From Malacoraja senta (Eukaryota): DNA of 64,000 bases. A program made the translations under genes and the position numbers. The stretch is taken from the NCBI GenBank assembly GCA_038087875.1, contig CM075994.1, forward strand, positions 1-64,000. Reading direction: 5' to 3'. The notes under the pieces are model-generated. The model ran no database searches, was not told the DNA's origin, and was given only the letters and a program-made list of their open reading frames with translations. Below, one piece after another: positions 12,235 to 24,695 of the stretch; the stretch's first letter is position 1; every line of letters starts with the position of its first letter.

Positions 12235-13875
12235 TAGAGAGTCATAGTGTGATACAGTGTGGAGACAGCCCCTTCAGCCAAACTTGCCCACACCGGCCAA
12301 AATGTCCCAGCTACACTGGTCCCACCTGCCAACATTTAGTCCATATCCCTCCAAATCCCTCATATCCATGTACCTGTCTAACTGCTTCTTAAATATTGGG
12401 ATAGTCGCTGCCTCAACCACCTCCTCTGGCAGCTCGTTCCATACATCCACCACCCTTTGTGTGAGAAAGTTACCCCTCAGATTCCTATTAATTCTTTTTC
12501 CCTTCACGGGTCCTTGACTCACCTACTCTGGGCAAGACTCTGTGCATGTGAACAAGTTTGAAACAAGTTTATTCATGGATAACCCCTTGAGATGGACAGT
12601 CATCTCGTTTTCGAGGGGGTCCAACATAGACCATACAGCACAAGACATAACATACATAGAGGCTCTCATTGACCCACCTACCCACACACCAATCCCAAAA
12701 CCCCTCCATCCCCACTTGTTATAGTTTATAACAATTGTTAATTAACTTTACAAATCCAATAATAACAAAAGTTATGTGTTACAGCATAATGTTAGTGCAT
12801 AATACCATATACCACCTATCGTACATCGTACGTTAATACATACTATCAACATTATTACATAAAAGTTTGAGCTGACTGCGTTTCAAAGGAGTTTTCTTAG
12901 TTATGGCTTAATAACGGAAAAAAAATTAATACTGAAATTTTGGAAAAAATGCTCCTACGCCAACAATAAAAATGTGGACTTCTAATATGTCGGAATTGAT
13001 ACATCTAGAAGATATGAGATTCCTCCTAGCAGGTAAACAAGACCAATTCCAAAAGATTTGGTCTCCATATATCAACTTATTACAAACATAGGGTGCAACA
13101 AAATGATGATAATAAATGGTTTTAGGTCCTGGCGAGGGGTGAGTAAAGATATGAAGTAGGTGCATCCCTTTCATACGGTCCTATCTTATTTTCTTTTTTC
13201 TCTTTTTTTTCTTTCTCTTTTCTTCTTTAACTACTTCATGTGGTTTAGGTTCACATGTGTGTTCCTGGGCCACTTTTCATTCACTCACTGACAGTCTTTG
13301 CTAGCTCTTTCTATCCTTTTTTTCTATTAAAGTTGAAAAACAGAAGTGGTACAAGAACTGTATAAATTTATGTTATTGCAGATTACTGTAATGTAAAATA
13401 CTTCTCATAAATAAAAAAAATTAAAAAAAATTAAAAAAACATTACATAATATATTATTTCATGATATTGTGACATAATACAATATAAGACCTTGTTACAC
13501 TATGCAGTACAATAATACATAAGTGTAATGGCCATGCATATACAATAGTTATGCCAAATAATCACACTCAGAGCAAGCTAGATAAAGGAGCTCGAAGACT
13601 CTAATACTAGAAACAGGTACATGGTTTTATAAGGAAAGGTAAAAGTGTATTTTTAAATAGACGAAATGAGCTAATAGTTCTTATGGTACTAGGCAGAGTG
13701 TTCCAGTCAGAAGGAGCTTTGTATTTAAATGCATCTACTCTATCAATGCCTCTCATCATCTTATAAGCCTCTACAAGATCACCCCTCAACCTCCTGTGCT
13801 CCACAGAATAGAGTCACAGCCTACTCAATCTATGCCTATAGCTCAGACCCTCCAGCCCTGGCAACATCCTTGTAA
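12235..13875 (-). mobile_element. Nested CR1 (-) > L2-like 3' end (-, ~12548-13730) > L1 3' end (+, ~12865-13440)
   Basis: CR1 halves rejoin across the insert. L2-like FKYKAPSDWNTLP...FK C-terminus. L1 C-terminus WTSNMSELIHLEDMRF..FQKIWSPY with poly(A). Confidence 0.7.
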
Positions 13876-14649
13876 AATTTAGTTTAGAGATACAGCGCGG
13901 TAACAGGCCCTTCGGCGCACCGTCCTCACCAACTAGTGATCCACATACATTACACTATCCTACACTAGGGACAATTTTTACATTTATACCAAGCCAATTC
14001 ACCTGCAAACCTGTACGTCTTTGGAGTGTGGGAGGAAACCAATGTTCACAGAGAAAACCCATGCAGGGAATGGGAAACGAGAGATATAGACAGTGATGTG
14101 GAGAGATAAAGAACAATGAATGAAAGATATGCAAAAAAGTAATGATAAAGGAAACAGGCCATTGTTAGCTGTTTGTACGGTGAAAACGAGAAGCTGGTGC
14201 GATGGGTGGGGGAGGGATGGAGAGAGAGGGAATGCCAGGGCTACCTGAAGTGAGAGAAATCAATGTTCATACCACTCGGCTCTAAGCTGCCCAAGCGAAA
14301 TATATTTATTCTGAATAAAATTGATTCCATCTGGACATTAGGATTAATTCAACATTCTCATAGAACTGAACCCACAAACAATAGCAATCTTTGAACTCAT
14401 GCCGTTTTTTCCCCCTTTTTTTACATACAAATCAAAATCACTCATTTGCCACACCTCATACAATATGCTGAATTACACAGATATTCACACATTTCAAATA
14501 TGTTTTTACCCCACATATACAAGGGTGCCTAATATAAGGATATTTCTGTGAACACTACGATACGACGCTAATGAATGTATGCTCAGCCTCTGAGAATGTC
14601 AGAAGAAATTTCGCACTGTTCTTGTTTTCATAAGGTCCTAAAGTCATAA

Positions 14650-15105
14650 TTGAGAGGAGTAGACTTAGGCCATTCTGCCCATCAAGTCTACTCTGCCATT
14701 CAATCATGGCTGATCCATCTCTCCCTCCTAACCCCATTCTCCTACCTACTCCCCATTACCTCTGACACCTGTACTAATCGAAAATCTATCTATTTCTGCC
14801 TTAGAAATATCCACTGACTTGGCCACAGCTTTCTGTGGCCAAGAATTCCACAGATTCACCACCCTCTAAAAAAGTGTCTCCTCATCTCCTTCCTAAAAGA
14901 ATGTACTTTAATTCTGAGGTTATGACCTCTGGTCCTAGACTCTCCCACTGGTGGAAATATCCTTTCCACATCCACTCTATCCAAGCCTTTCACTACTCTG
15001 TATGTTTCAATGAGGTCGCCCCTCATACTTCTAAACTCCAGCGAATACAGGGCCATGCCGACAAACATCACAGGTTAACTTGCACATTCCTGGGATCATT
15101 CTTTT
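14650..15105 (-). mobile_element. CR1 3' fragment
   Basis: LYSLEFRSMRGDLIETY...ESRTRGH. Confidence 0.85.
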
Positions 15106-15254
15106 CTATTTATTTGTTCTGCTGAATAAAGTTGATTTTGGTTTTTAAATAATCTATATTTACTAAAGCAAAATGCAGGAAAATTATCAATAAAGTCTTT
15201 ATGTATCTGGATTGGGAGCCTATTATACCTCTCATTTACTTTTCATTATACTTC

Positions 15255-15896
15255 GCAGACACTCAGCATAGGAGAACCGCAAGGCTGTGTACTCTCCCCT
15301 CTCCTCCACTCTCTCGTCTACACCAATGACTGCACCCCCATTGACTCCTCTGTCAGGCTTCTCAAGTTTGCGGACGACATAACCCTGATTGGACTGATCT
15401 AGGATGGGGAGGAATCTGCCTACATACAGGAAGTGACACAGCTGGCGTCCTGGTGCCATCGCAACAACCTGGAGCTCAAGCTTTGTGTCTCTCCCTGGTC
15501 ACCGCCAGAGTCTGAGTCACGGGTTGGTGCGGGGTAAAGTAGTCACAGACAGCGTCAGTGAAAATGTTCAACCCCTCAAGCTTCAGGACAAGGGCACTGA
15601 TCTATTTGCCCGGTATGCAAAATGCAGGGGGTCCAGCAGGGGGTTTGTGATATTTTTGGGCCAGCACGTCTTTCAAGGGTCTTCATGATTACAGAGGTCA
15701 GTGCGACAGGCCTGTAGTCATTAAGACCAGTAATCCTTGGCTTTTTGGGTAGGGGAACAATAGTGGAGACTTTGAAGCAGGCAGGGACAGTGCAGGTTTG
15801 CAGGGACCTATTGAAAATATCTGTGTAGACTGGTGCCAGTTGTTCGGCACAGAGCTTGAGGGTAGAGGGGGAAACATTGTGCGGTCCTGGGCCCAA
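15255..15896. mobile_element. Two Rex1/Babar RT fragments in opposite orientations
   Basis: + strand PQGCVLSPLL..KFADD (15255-15480); - strand [21 protein letters not shown] (15600-15896). Confidence 0.75.
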
Positions 15897-17491
15897 AACT
15901 GCTCACAATGCGCCAAGTGCGATCATACTAGCACCTTTTAAAGCCTGAGCATTACATCCTTGTTTTTATATTCTAGTCCTCTCGAAATAAATGCTAACAT
16001 TGCGCTCACTACCGATTGAACTTGCAAATTAACCTTTTGGGAATTCTTCACCAGCACTCCCAAGTCCCTTTGCACCTCCGATTTCTGAATCCAATCCCCA
16101 TTTAGAAAAAAGTCTACGCCTTTATGTCTACCTTTAAAATGCACAACTGCACAATTTGCTACATTGTTTTCCATGAGCCTTCAAGATGAGAGGCTCCGAT
16201 TTCTGCACTCGTACATTGAACAAGGTGCACATTTGAGCAATGGAGAGACAGATATTAGAGAATTGACAGTGCACCTCTCTGATCTGTAGATGTTTCCCTG
16301 TGAATGAGCTATTATGAATGAATACTTTACTGTCACAGGTATGCAAATAGTCGACTGTCAAGGGCGCTTACAAAGTTACAAAGTACACCTTCGCCAGGTC
16401 CCCTCTTGCTCTCCCCCCTCCCCCATGGCAGTCCCCCCACGCCAGCTCCTCCTTTGTTCCGTTCCTCGGCAATGGTGTCCTCACTTCCACGTGGTCCATC
16501 CTCGTCTGTCGGTCAGCGCCATCATCGCCGGCTGCACGGACCTCTCCACTATTGCTGCTGGGTCCTCTCTGGACGTCTCCGTGGCACCGACCCACAGCCG
16601 TTAGCAGGATCTGACAGTACACTTATCGTTCATAAGTGATATGAGCAGAATTGTGCAGGTAGGAACTTCAGATGCTGGTTTACACTGGAGGTAGACGCAA
16701 AATGCTGGAATAACTCAGCGGGACAGGCAGCATCTCTGGAGAGAAGGAATGGGTGAGGTTTCGGGTCTGAAGAAGTGGCTAGACCTGAAACGTCACCCAT
16801 TCGTTTCATCCAGAGATGCTGCCTGTCCCGCTGAGTTACTCCAGCATTTTGTGTCTACCTACACATAATACACACATAGGTACACACGCACGTGGCACGC
16901 ATGCACACAAAACACACATAAGTATGTGCACGGCATGCATGGACACACATAAATACACACACAAGGCGCACACAGATACACATAAAAATACACACACTCA
17001 TCAGTCTGAAGAAGGGTCTCGACCCAAAAATGTCACCCATTCCTTCTCTCCAGAGATATTGCCTGTCCTGCTGAGTTACTTCAGCATTTTGCTTCTATCT
17101 TAAATACACACAGATACAGGTGGGGAATTCCTTCACGTTTCGGGTCGAGACCCATCTTCAGAAGAACTCAATGGCCTGCAATGACCAGTATACCGCTGAG
17201 TTACTCCAGCATTTTGTGTCTATCGTACGAGCAGATTTAGGCCATTCAGCCCAGCAAGTCTACTCTGACATTCAATCAATCATTCCATCTAAACGCCATT
17301 CTCCTGCCTTCTCCCCATAACCCCTGACACGTGTACTAATGAGGAATCTATCTATCTCTGCTTTAGAAAATATCCATTGACATAACATCCACAGTCATCT
17401 GTGGCAATGAATCCCACAGAATCACCACCCTCTGACTGACTCTACACCACCACATACAAGGACACGGTTTTACCAGAGAATGAATACTCAC

Positions 17492-17585
17492 CATGTACCA
17501 ACAGAGCGCTAAACACGAGAACCGCTGTGATCACTAAGATAGCGGCTGGGTATAATCCAACCCGAGCTCTGGGATTGAGCATGAT
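17492..17585 (-). CDS. Gene B stalk plus transmembrane (or GPI-signal) exon with an apparent +1 frameshift
   Basis: ttttgttgtAG ... G|GTGAGT, 94 nt. Phase 1 as written: DHAQSQSSGWIIPSRYLSDHSGSRV* (TAG at 17509-17511). Removing one C of CCC (+ strand GGG at 17548-17550) gives 93 nt, phase 1-1: DHAQSQSSGWIIPAAILVITAVLVFSALLVH. Confidence 0.75.
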
Positions 17586-17787
17586 CTACAACAAAATAAA
17601 TCACCTTTGGTTACATCTTGTAGATATCAATTTAAATGTCCATGATGCAGAGAAGACTTCCCTTTGTATCTATCATGTTTTTGATTCAATTCAATGATTG
17701 AGTGATATTTTATTGTCACGTATCTAGGTATATTAAAGTTCTTTGATTTTGGTGTACAGTCCATAATCACACAGCAGACTTCTCCTC

Positions 17788-18090
17788 GACAGCGGTAGAG
17801 TTGCTGCCTTACAGCGCTGGAGACCCGGGTTCAATCCTGACTACGGGTGCTGTCTGTATGGAGTTTGCACGTTCTCCCCGTGACCTGCGTGGGATTTCTC
17901 CGAGATCTTCTTTCCTCCCACACTCCAAAGGCGTACAGGTATGTAGGTTAATTGGCTTAGTATAAGTGTAAATTGTCCCTAGTGTGTGGAGGATAGTGTT
18001 AATATGCGGGGATCGCTGATTGGTACGGACTCGGTGGGCAGAAGAGCCTGTTTCCATGATGTATCTCTAAACATAACAAAACTAAACCAA
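17788..18090 (+). mobile_element. tRNA-derived V-SINE (HE1-like)
   Basis: CAGCGGTAGAGTTGCTGCCTTACAGCGC..GGGTTCAATCC head, V-domain, tail. Confidence 0.9.
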
Positions 18091-18344
18091 ACGTGGACAA
18101 CCCGAGTCTCGCAGAAAACCTGGGTCTCTGGCGCTGTAAGCGTTGGAAGGCTGCAACTCTAACGCTGCGCTGCCATGCCGCCTTGTTGGACAATTGTTCC
18201 TATCTTGCTTCCCCACGATGCATTCTCTTGGGTTAAATGGATTAAAAACTACTTATCTTCCTTATAATTTTCAAAATTTCCTACATCACGTCTGGAGAGA
18301 TATTTATCCACACAGGGAAAGCAGAATGAGAAATCATGTGAATT

Positions 18345-18800
18345 ATAGGAAATATGTTGTCAAGCTGGAAAGGACTGAAGATTTACAAGGATGTTAACAG
18401 GGGTAGAGGGTCTGAGGTGCAGGGAGAGGGTGTAGGTTGTGACTCTAATCTTTGGAGCAGCAGGATGAAAAAAATCATGAGAGGAATAGAGACTCTTGCT
18501 CAGAGTAAGTGAATCGTGGACCAAAGGACGTAGTTTTAAGGTGTAGGAGAAAAGATTTAAGAGGAATCTGAGTGGTAACTTTTTCACACAAAGGGTGGTG
18601 GGTGTATGGAACAAGCTGCCAGAGGAGGTAGTTGAGGCAGGGACTATCCCAACATTTAAGAGACAGTTGGACAGGTACATGATAGCACAAGTTTGGAGGG
18701 ATATGGACCAAACGTAGGCAGCTGGGACGAGTGTAGCTGGGACAGGTGGCCAAGATGGGCCGAAGGGCCTGTTTCCACACTGTATCACTCTATGACACTA
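18345..18800 (+). mobile_element. CR1 3' fragment (tail shared with the SINE family)
   Basis: FFTQRVVGVWNKLPEEVV. 3' end GGGCCGAAGGGCCTGTTTCC matches the SINE tail. Confidence 0.85.
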
Positions 18801-18985
18801 AGGATAAGATGGTCATCCAATTCAATTAGAATTCAGGGGGATGTTATATGTCTGGAGAGTACTTGGAGTGTAGAGTGACATACGCTGATAAGGACAGATA
18901 ACAAGTGCGGAGAGGGGCTCTTGTGTCGCACAAACATCAACATGGGACAAATGGCCAGCATCTGTGCAATAGACCTTTACAACTT

Positions 18986-19280
18986 GGGTTGCACGATAGC
19001 GCAGTGGTTGAGTTGCTGCCTTACAGTGCCAGAGACCCTGAGTTCAGTCATGACTACGGGTCCTTGTCTGCACGGAGTTTGTATATTCTCCCAGTGACCT
19101 GCGTGGGTTTTCTCCCACACTCCAAAGAAGTGCCGGTTTGTAGGTTAATTGACTTTGGTATAATTGTAAATTGTCCCTCGTGTGTAGGATAGTGTTAGTG
19201 TGCGGGGATGCCTGGTCGGACTCGATGGACAGAAGCACATGTTTCCGTGTTGAATCTCTGTACCTATAAACTAGACTAGA
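18986..19280 (+). mobile_element. tRNA-derived V-SINE (HE1-like)
   Basis: Head, V-domain and tail recognisable. Confidence 0.85.
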
Positions 19281-19354
19281 AGTTAAACACACCAGGGAGA
19301 ACGGAGTGATATCTTATGCTGATAAGGTCAAATAACAAGAGTGGGGAGGAGTTC

Positions 19355-19797
19355 TTTAGTTTTATTTAGTTTGGTTTGGATATACTATGCAGAAACAGGC
19401 TCTTCGGCCCATCGAGTTCGCACCGACCACCGATCCCTGCACATTAACACAATCGTACAGTAGAGATATTTTTTAAAACTTTGATACCAATCCAATCAAC
19501 CTACAAACATGTACATCTTGAGTGTAGGAGGAAATCCTTGCAGGTCACGGGGAGAACGTATAAACTCCGTACAGATGATTAAGGAACGTCTTTCCCGACT
19601 CTCAGTCTGAGGAAGTGTCTCTACCCGAATCGTCAACTATTCCTTTTCTCCAGAGATGCTGTCAGACCCGCTGAGTTACTCCAGCTTTTTGTGTCTATCA
19701 TGTATTATTTAAAACAGCCCGTAGCCAGGATCGAACCTGGGTCTCTGACGCCGTACGAGCTGTGAGGCAGCAACTCTACCACTGCACCACTGTGCCA
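19355..19797 (-). mobile_element. HE1-like SINE split by a Penelope-derived repeat (~19580-19700)
   Basis: Head at 19715-19797; body and tail at 19355-19575. Confidence 0.75.
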
Positions 19798-19860
19798 CTT
19801 CTTGCGTAACATAAACATTGTGGGTCAAATAGACCTTTGCCAATACCGTGACAGACTTAC

Positions 19861-20130
19861 CCTCGATGACCAGCTGGTAGGTGCTGTTGTTTCGATTGAC
19901 TTGGTTTTCCATGCTGCATGTGTAATAGCCAGAGTCTGATTTCTCTGCGTTCCAAATGGTAAATGTTACATTCCCATCAGACAGGGACTGCCGTGGGCTC
20001 ACTGGGAGGACAACTCCTTCTCTGCTCCACAGAATGGAAGTAGCTCTCCCTCTGTGCACCTTGTAGTTCAGCACAGCCGTGTGGTTCTCAGGGTTGTAAT
20101 CACAGGAGATGGATGGTGTGGAGAGAGGAT
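19861..20130 (-). CDS. Gene B Ig C2/I-type domain exon
   Basis: tgttctccAG ... G|GTAAGT, 270 nt, phase 1-1, open: DPLSTPSISCDYNPENHTAVLNYKVHRGRATSILWSREGVVLPVSPRQSLSDGNVTFTIWNAEKSDSGYYTCSMENQVNRNNSTYQLVIE. DSGYYTCxxxN motif and several N-glycosylation sequons. Confidence 0.9.
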
Positions 20131-20664
20131 CTGGAGAACAACAGAATCAATGAGCCAAGACACAAACTCCCTTTTTTAGACCTCAAGTATACAAAGGTAA
20201 ATCCAGATTTATTAAAGGGATCTACAAGAGTCACTGCCTCAAAAATGCAGCCAGCATCATCAGAGACCCATACCACCGTGGCCACGCTCCTTTGCATTTT
20301 GAGGAGGTAGAGGTGTTGGCCTGCTTTCCTGACCATTGCTGTGATATGGGTGGTCCAGGACGAGACACTGGTGATGTTTACTCCTCTGAACCTAAAACGT
20401 TCAACCATCTCTACTTCGACCCCATATTTGCATACTCGGGTATGTGAACCGCTTCCTTTCTGAACTCGTTCACTACCTCCAAGGTTGTTGTCATGTCTCG
20501 AGGTCCTCACCCCCATCTCTCTCACACCCCATTTAGGACTATGCCCTCTAGGTTAGGTGGACACTTCTCAAACATCTCCCACAATATAATGATTCACATT
20601 TCTCACCCACCATCTGCCATCAGCCTGATTATATACCACCAGGTATATAATCAGCTGATAATAC

Positions 20665-21385
20665 CACCAGGGGCGCTGCATGATTGGCAGCCTCACAAAA
20701 AGTTTGTCTGTCTTTTCGTCAATTTTGTGTTATTTTTAGTGTGTTTTAAAGTTTGTGTAAATGTTCTCCGGTTTGTTTTATGGGTGGGGGAGGGGGTCCG
20801 GGGAAATTGTTTTTCAGTCTCTTACCTTGCCGGAGATGCGACTGTTTTCCGGGTCGTATCTCCGGTTGCTCTGCGGCCTAACATCGTGGAGCTGGAGGCC
20901 TTGCTCGGGACTGACTTTGAGCCCTACCACGGGGCATGGACTCACCATCGGAGCCTACGGACTTTAACATCAAGGACTCGCAGTCTGGGGAGAGACCGAG
21001 TCAGGAGCTCCAATGACGCAGAAAGTTCGTCAGACCCGACCCGGGGTCCGATCGCTTGGCGCGGGGGAGCTGATATCCCCCCCGATACAGGTGCTGGATC
21101 GCCCCGACGAGGAAGGCCTGCCGCCGGCTACGGGAGTAAGATCGTCCCGTCAACAGAAGGCTCGAGGCTCCCAACCACGGGAGAACAAAGAAGGGAAGAG
21201 ATTGAACTTTTTTTTTCGCCTTCCATCGCAGTGAGGAATGTGGAGGAGTCACTGTGGTGGATGTTTATGTTAAAATGTATTTTGTGTGTTCTGTTGCTTT
21301 TTATTTGTACGACTGACTCGGCAAATGAAATTCCTCGTATGCTGTAAAACATACTTGGCTAATAAAGTATTATTGTATTGTATAT
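20665..21385 (+). mobile_element. Non-coding retroelement with Rex1-type tail (copy 2)
   Basis: Starts caccaggggcgctgcatgattggcagcctcac and ends catacttggctaataaagtattattgtattgtat. Confidence 0.6.
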
Positions 21386-22189
21386 TCTTTTCATGTCTAT
21401 TAATTACATTCCATTGAGTCGATCTACACCACGTTGCCTCGGCAAGGCCACCAGCATCTTCAAAGACGAGGCTAATCCTTGACACTCCTTCTCACATCAG
21501 AAATGATACACAGAATTGTGAAACACCTATCTCCAGATTCAGGGACAGTTTCTTCCCAGCTGTTATCAAGCAACTGAACCATCCTATCACCACCGAGAGT
21601 GGTCCTGAGCTACCATATACCTCATTGGAGAGCCACAGAATGTATTTATTCAGACTTTACTAGACATTATCTTGCACTAAACGTTATTTCATTTATCCTG
21701 TAAGTGTACACTGCAGACAGCTTGATTGTAATCATGTATAGTCTTTTGGCTGACTGGATAGCATGCAACAAAAAGCTTTTCACTGTACCTCGGTACATAT
21801 GACAATAAACTAAACAAAAGTAAATTAAACTTCCCAGATCAATGCTTCTAGGTTTGCTCATTTTCTGATTATATGGATTACATCATATAAACTTAAATCC
21901 CAATTATTTAAATGTGTTCAAGAAAATAGTAATCCTAGCAGGTTAGTCATCTAAAATTGGAGAATACATTAGCTTGTAAGATCCTGTCAAGTCCAATAAT
22001 CAACCGTTCACGATGCCACTTGGGTATCTTAGAACCCAATAGTATGAACATTAGATTCTCCAATTTCAAATAATAACCCCCATACCTACCTTCCCCTTCC
22101 CTGTGACACACCCCTCCCCTCACCCTTGTCATGCCCATTTTACTCACTAACTTCCATCCTCCCAGTCACCGTAATCTCCTCGCTGACAC

Positions 22190-22985
22190 CCCATATCCCT
22201 CCAAACCTGTCCCATCCATGTACCTGTCTAATTGTTTCTTAAATGTTGCAATAGTCCCAGCCTAAACTACTTCCTCTGGAATATCGTTCCATACCCCTAC
22301 CAGCCTTTGTGTGAAAAAGTCACCCCTCAGACTTCTATTAAATCTTTCCCCCTTCACTTTAAACCCAGTCCCTATTCCCCCACTTTGGGCAAGAGACTCT
22401 GTGTCCACCCAATCTACTCATCTCATGATTTTATACACCTCCATAAGATCACCCCTCCTCCTGTACTCCAAGGAATAGAGTTCCAGCCTGCTAAACCTCT
22501 CCCTATAGCTCATATCCTCGAGTCTTGGCAACATTCTCATACAACCTCTCTGTACTCTTTCCAACTTGACAACATCTTTCCTGTAACATGGTGCCCAGAA
22601 CTGAACACAATAGTCTAAAATGCAGCCTCACCAATGCAACTGCAGCATGACCTCCCAACTTCTATACTCAATACTCTGACTGATGAAGGACAATGTGCCA
22701 AAAGCCTTTTTGACCACCTTATCTATCTGTGACTCCACCTTCAATGAACCATGTACCTGCTCTCCTTGACCTCTCTGCTCTACAATACTCTCCAGAGCCC
22801 TACCATTCACTGTGTAGGTCCTGCCCATGTTAGACTTTCCAAAATGCTTCAATTCACATTTCTCTGTTAAATTCCATCAACAATTCCTCAGCCCACCTGG
22901 CCAACCGATCAAGATTCTGTTGCCATTTTTGACATCCGTCTTCACTATCTGCAAAACCACCCACCTTTGTATCCTCCACAAACTT
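22190..22985 (-). mobile_element. CR1 RT/3' fragment
   Basis: HFGKSNMGRTYTVNG..QIDKVVKKAFGTL. Confidence 0.85.
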
Positions 22986-23274
22986 GTAAAGTCTATTCAC
23001 TTATTTAGCTTAACAAAATTTATACAAAGACCTGTGGATATGGCTGCCTTCAATATGTGTATAATGCATAAATAGTGGAGACCATCTTAAAGATAAAATC
23101 CTTAGTTCAGAGTAATTTAGTGACCTTTTCAAAAAGAAAATCCTCACCTGCGCTTTCTACCATGGAGTAGAAAAAATCAAATCGATATTGCAGATAGACA
23201 TAAGTGACTCAGCGGGTCAGACAGCATCTCTATCTGGATGCATCACAGCTTGATTTGGGATCAGCTACCTGAGG

Positions 23275-23748
23275 AACGCATGCAAATTGTGGACGCAGCC
23301 CAGACCATCACACAAACCAACCTCCCTTCCATTGACCACATTTATAAATCATGCTGCCTCAGCAAGGCCAGCAGCATAATCAAAGATGAATCGCACCTTG
23401 GCCACTACCTCTTCTCCTCTCGGGGAAAAAGGTACAGAAGTGTGAAAACGCACACCTCCAGATTCAGGGACAGTTTCTACCCAACTGTTATCAGGCAACT
23501 GAATCATCCTACCACAACAAGAGAGCAGTGCTGAACTACTATCTACCTCGTGGTGACCCTCGGACTAGCTCTGATTGGATTTTACGGACTTTACCTTACA
23601 CTAAACATTATTCCCTTATCATGTATCTGTACACTGTGGATGGCTGGATTGTAATTATGTATTGTCTTTCCACTGACTGGTTAGCACGCAACAAAAGCTT
23701 TTCACTGTACCTCAGTACATATGACGATAAACTAAACTGAACTGAACT
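23275..23748 (+). mobile_element. Rex1/Babar 3' fragment
   Basis: AQTITQTNLPSI..KRYRSVKTHTSRFRDSF; (ACTGA)n tail. Related copy at ~21410-21815. Confidence 0.8.
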
Positions 23749-23903
23749 GGATGCTGAGTTGGTGTGAGAAAAGAGGGCAAATTTGAGAGTGGGAATGCGT
23801 GGTGAGGAGAAAGCAAGGCATACCCACAGATATTTGGGATCAAGCACAAATATTTATTACATTTTGTTTTGTTGTCACCTGCAACATTGCTTCAGATCAG
23901 GAA

Positions 23904-24192
23904 GGGCGGTACGGTGGCGCAGCGGTAGAGCTGCTGCCTTACTGCGCCAGAGACCCGGGTTTGATCTTGACTGTGGGTGCTTGTTCTCCCCATGACCTGC
24001 GTGGGTTTTCTCAGAGATCTTTGGTTTCCTCCCACATACCAGAGACGTACAGGATTATATGTGATTTGTTTTGGCGTAAATGTAAAATTGTCCCCAGTGT
24101 GTGCAGGGTAATGTTAATGGGATCACTGGTCAGTGTGGACTCGGTGGGTCAAAGTGCCTGTTTCTATGATGTATCTCTGAACTAAACTCAAC
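23904..24192 (+). mobile_element. tRNA-derived V-SINE (HE1-like)
   Basis: GGTACGGTGGCGCAGCGGTAGAG..GGGTTTGATC head and tail. Confidence 0.85.
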
Positions 24193-24310
24193 TTACAGTA
24201 ATTGAGCTTCAAGGCAATTAATACAGGTTAAGAAATCATGCTTGGAAAATGTCGACTCAGCACACTGTCACCATTTCATTTAAATAATTACAAACCCTCT
24301 GGCTACTTAC

Positions 24311-24610
24311 CAATGACTTCAAGAGTTAGAATTCTGGTCCTCTGTGAGTCTAAGTCCACTGTCATTTTATAGTGGCCACTGTCTGCTTTACCAACATCTT
24401 TTAATTGAAAGGATCCATCTGAACTGTTAACTTTAATTCGATTCTCGTAGTTTACAAATGCGATGATATTTCCTTCATGCACATTGGTAATGATGAGAGT
24501 CCTGCTGGAATCTGAGAAGTCCCAGTGGACATTTTTGAATTCCTTATCAGTTCCGGGGAATGGAATAGAGGAGCCTGTGGCAGCCAGCTTGCTGTCTCTT
24601 GTCCACTGAG
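24311..24610 (-). CDS. Gene B Ig V-set domain exon (no cysteines)
   Basis: tgtcttgtAG ... G|GTAAGT, 300 nt, phase 1-1, open: AQWTRDSKLAATGSSIPFPGTDKEFKNVHWDFSDSSRTLIITNVHEGNIIAFVNYENRIKVNSSDGSFQLKDVGKADSGHYKMTVDLDSQRTRILTLEVI. Has C-strand W, R..., GSFQL, DSGxY and LxV motifs. Missed by the ORF track. Confidence 0.9.
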
Positions 24611-24695
24611 CTACAAGACAAATGAATTAATTCAAACAGTATCACACCTGAGATAAGTAGGAAGGAACTGCAGATGCTGGTTTAAACCGAAGATT

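Noticed and set aside
18257..18291. 35-nt minus-strand exon candidate that would fix the phase before the TM exon
   Set aside because: Needs an ATAAGT donor and has an in-frame TAG in phase 1. A single-base frameshift in the TM exon is more parsimonious.
20493..21347. 284-aa ORF
   Set aside because: Runs across unrelated repeat pieces, has no recognisable domain, and is not maintained in the sister copy at 4337-5045.
23904..23975. tRNA-like sequences (also at 1150-1221, 6862-6925 and others)
   Set aside because: These are SINE heads running into the V-domain and LINE tail, with no complete cloverleaf.
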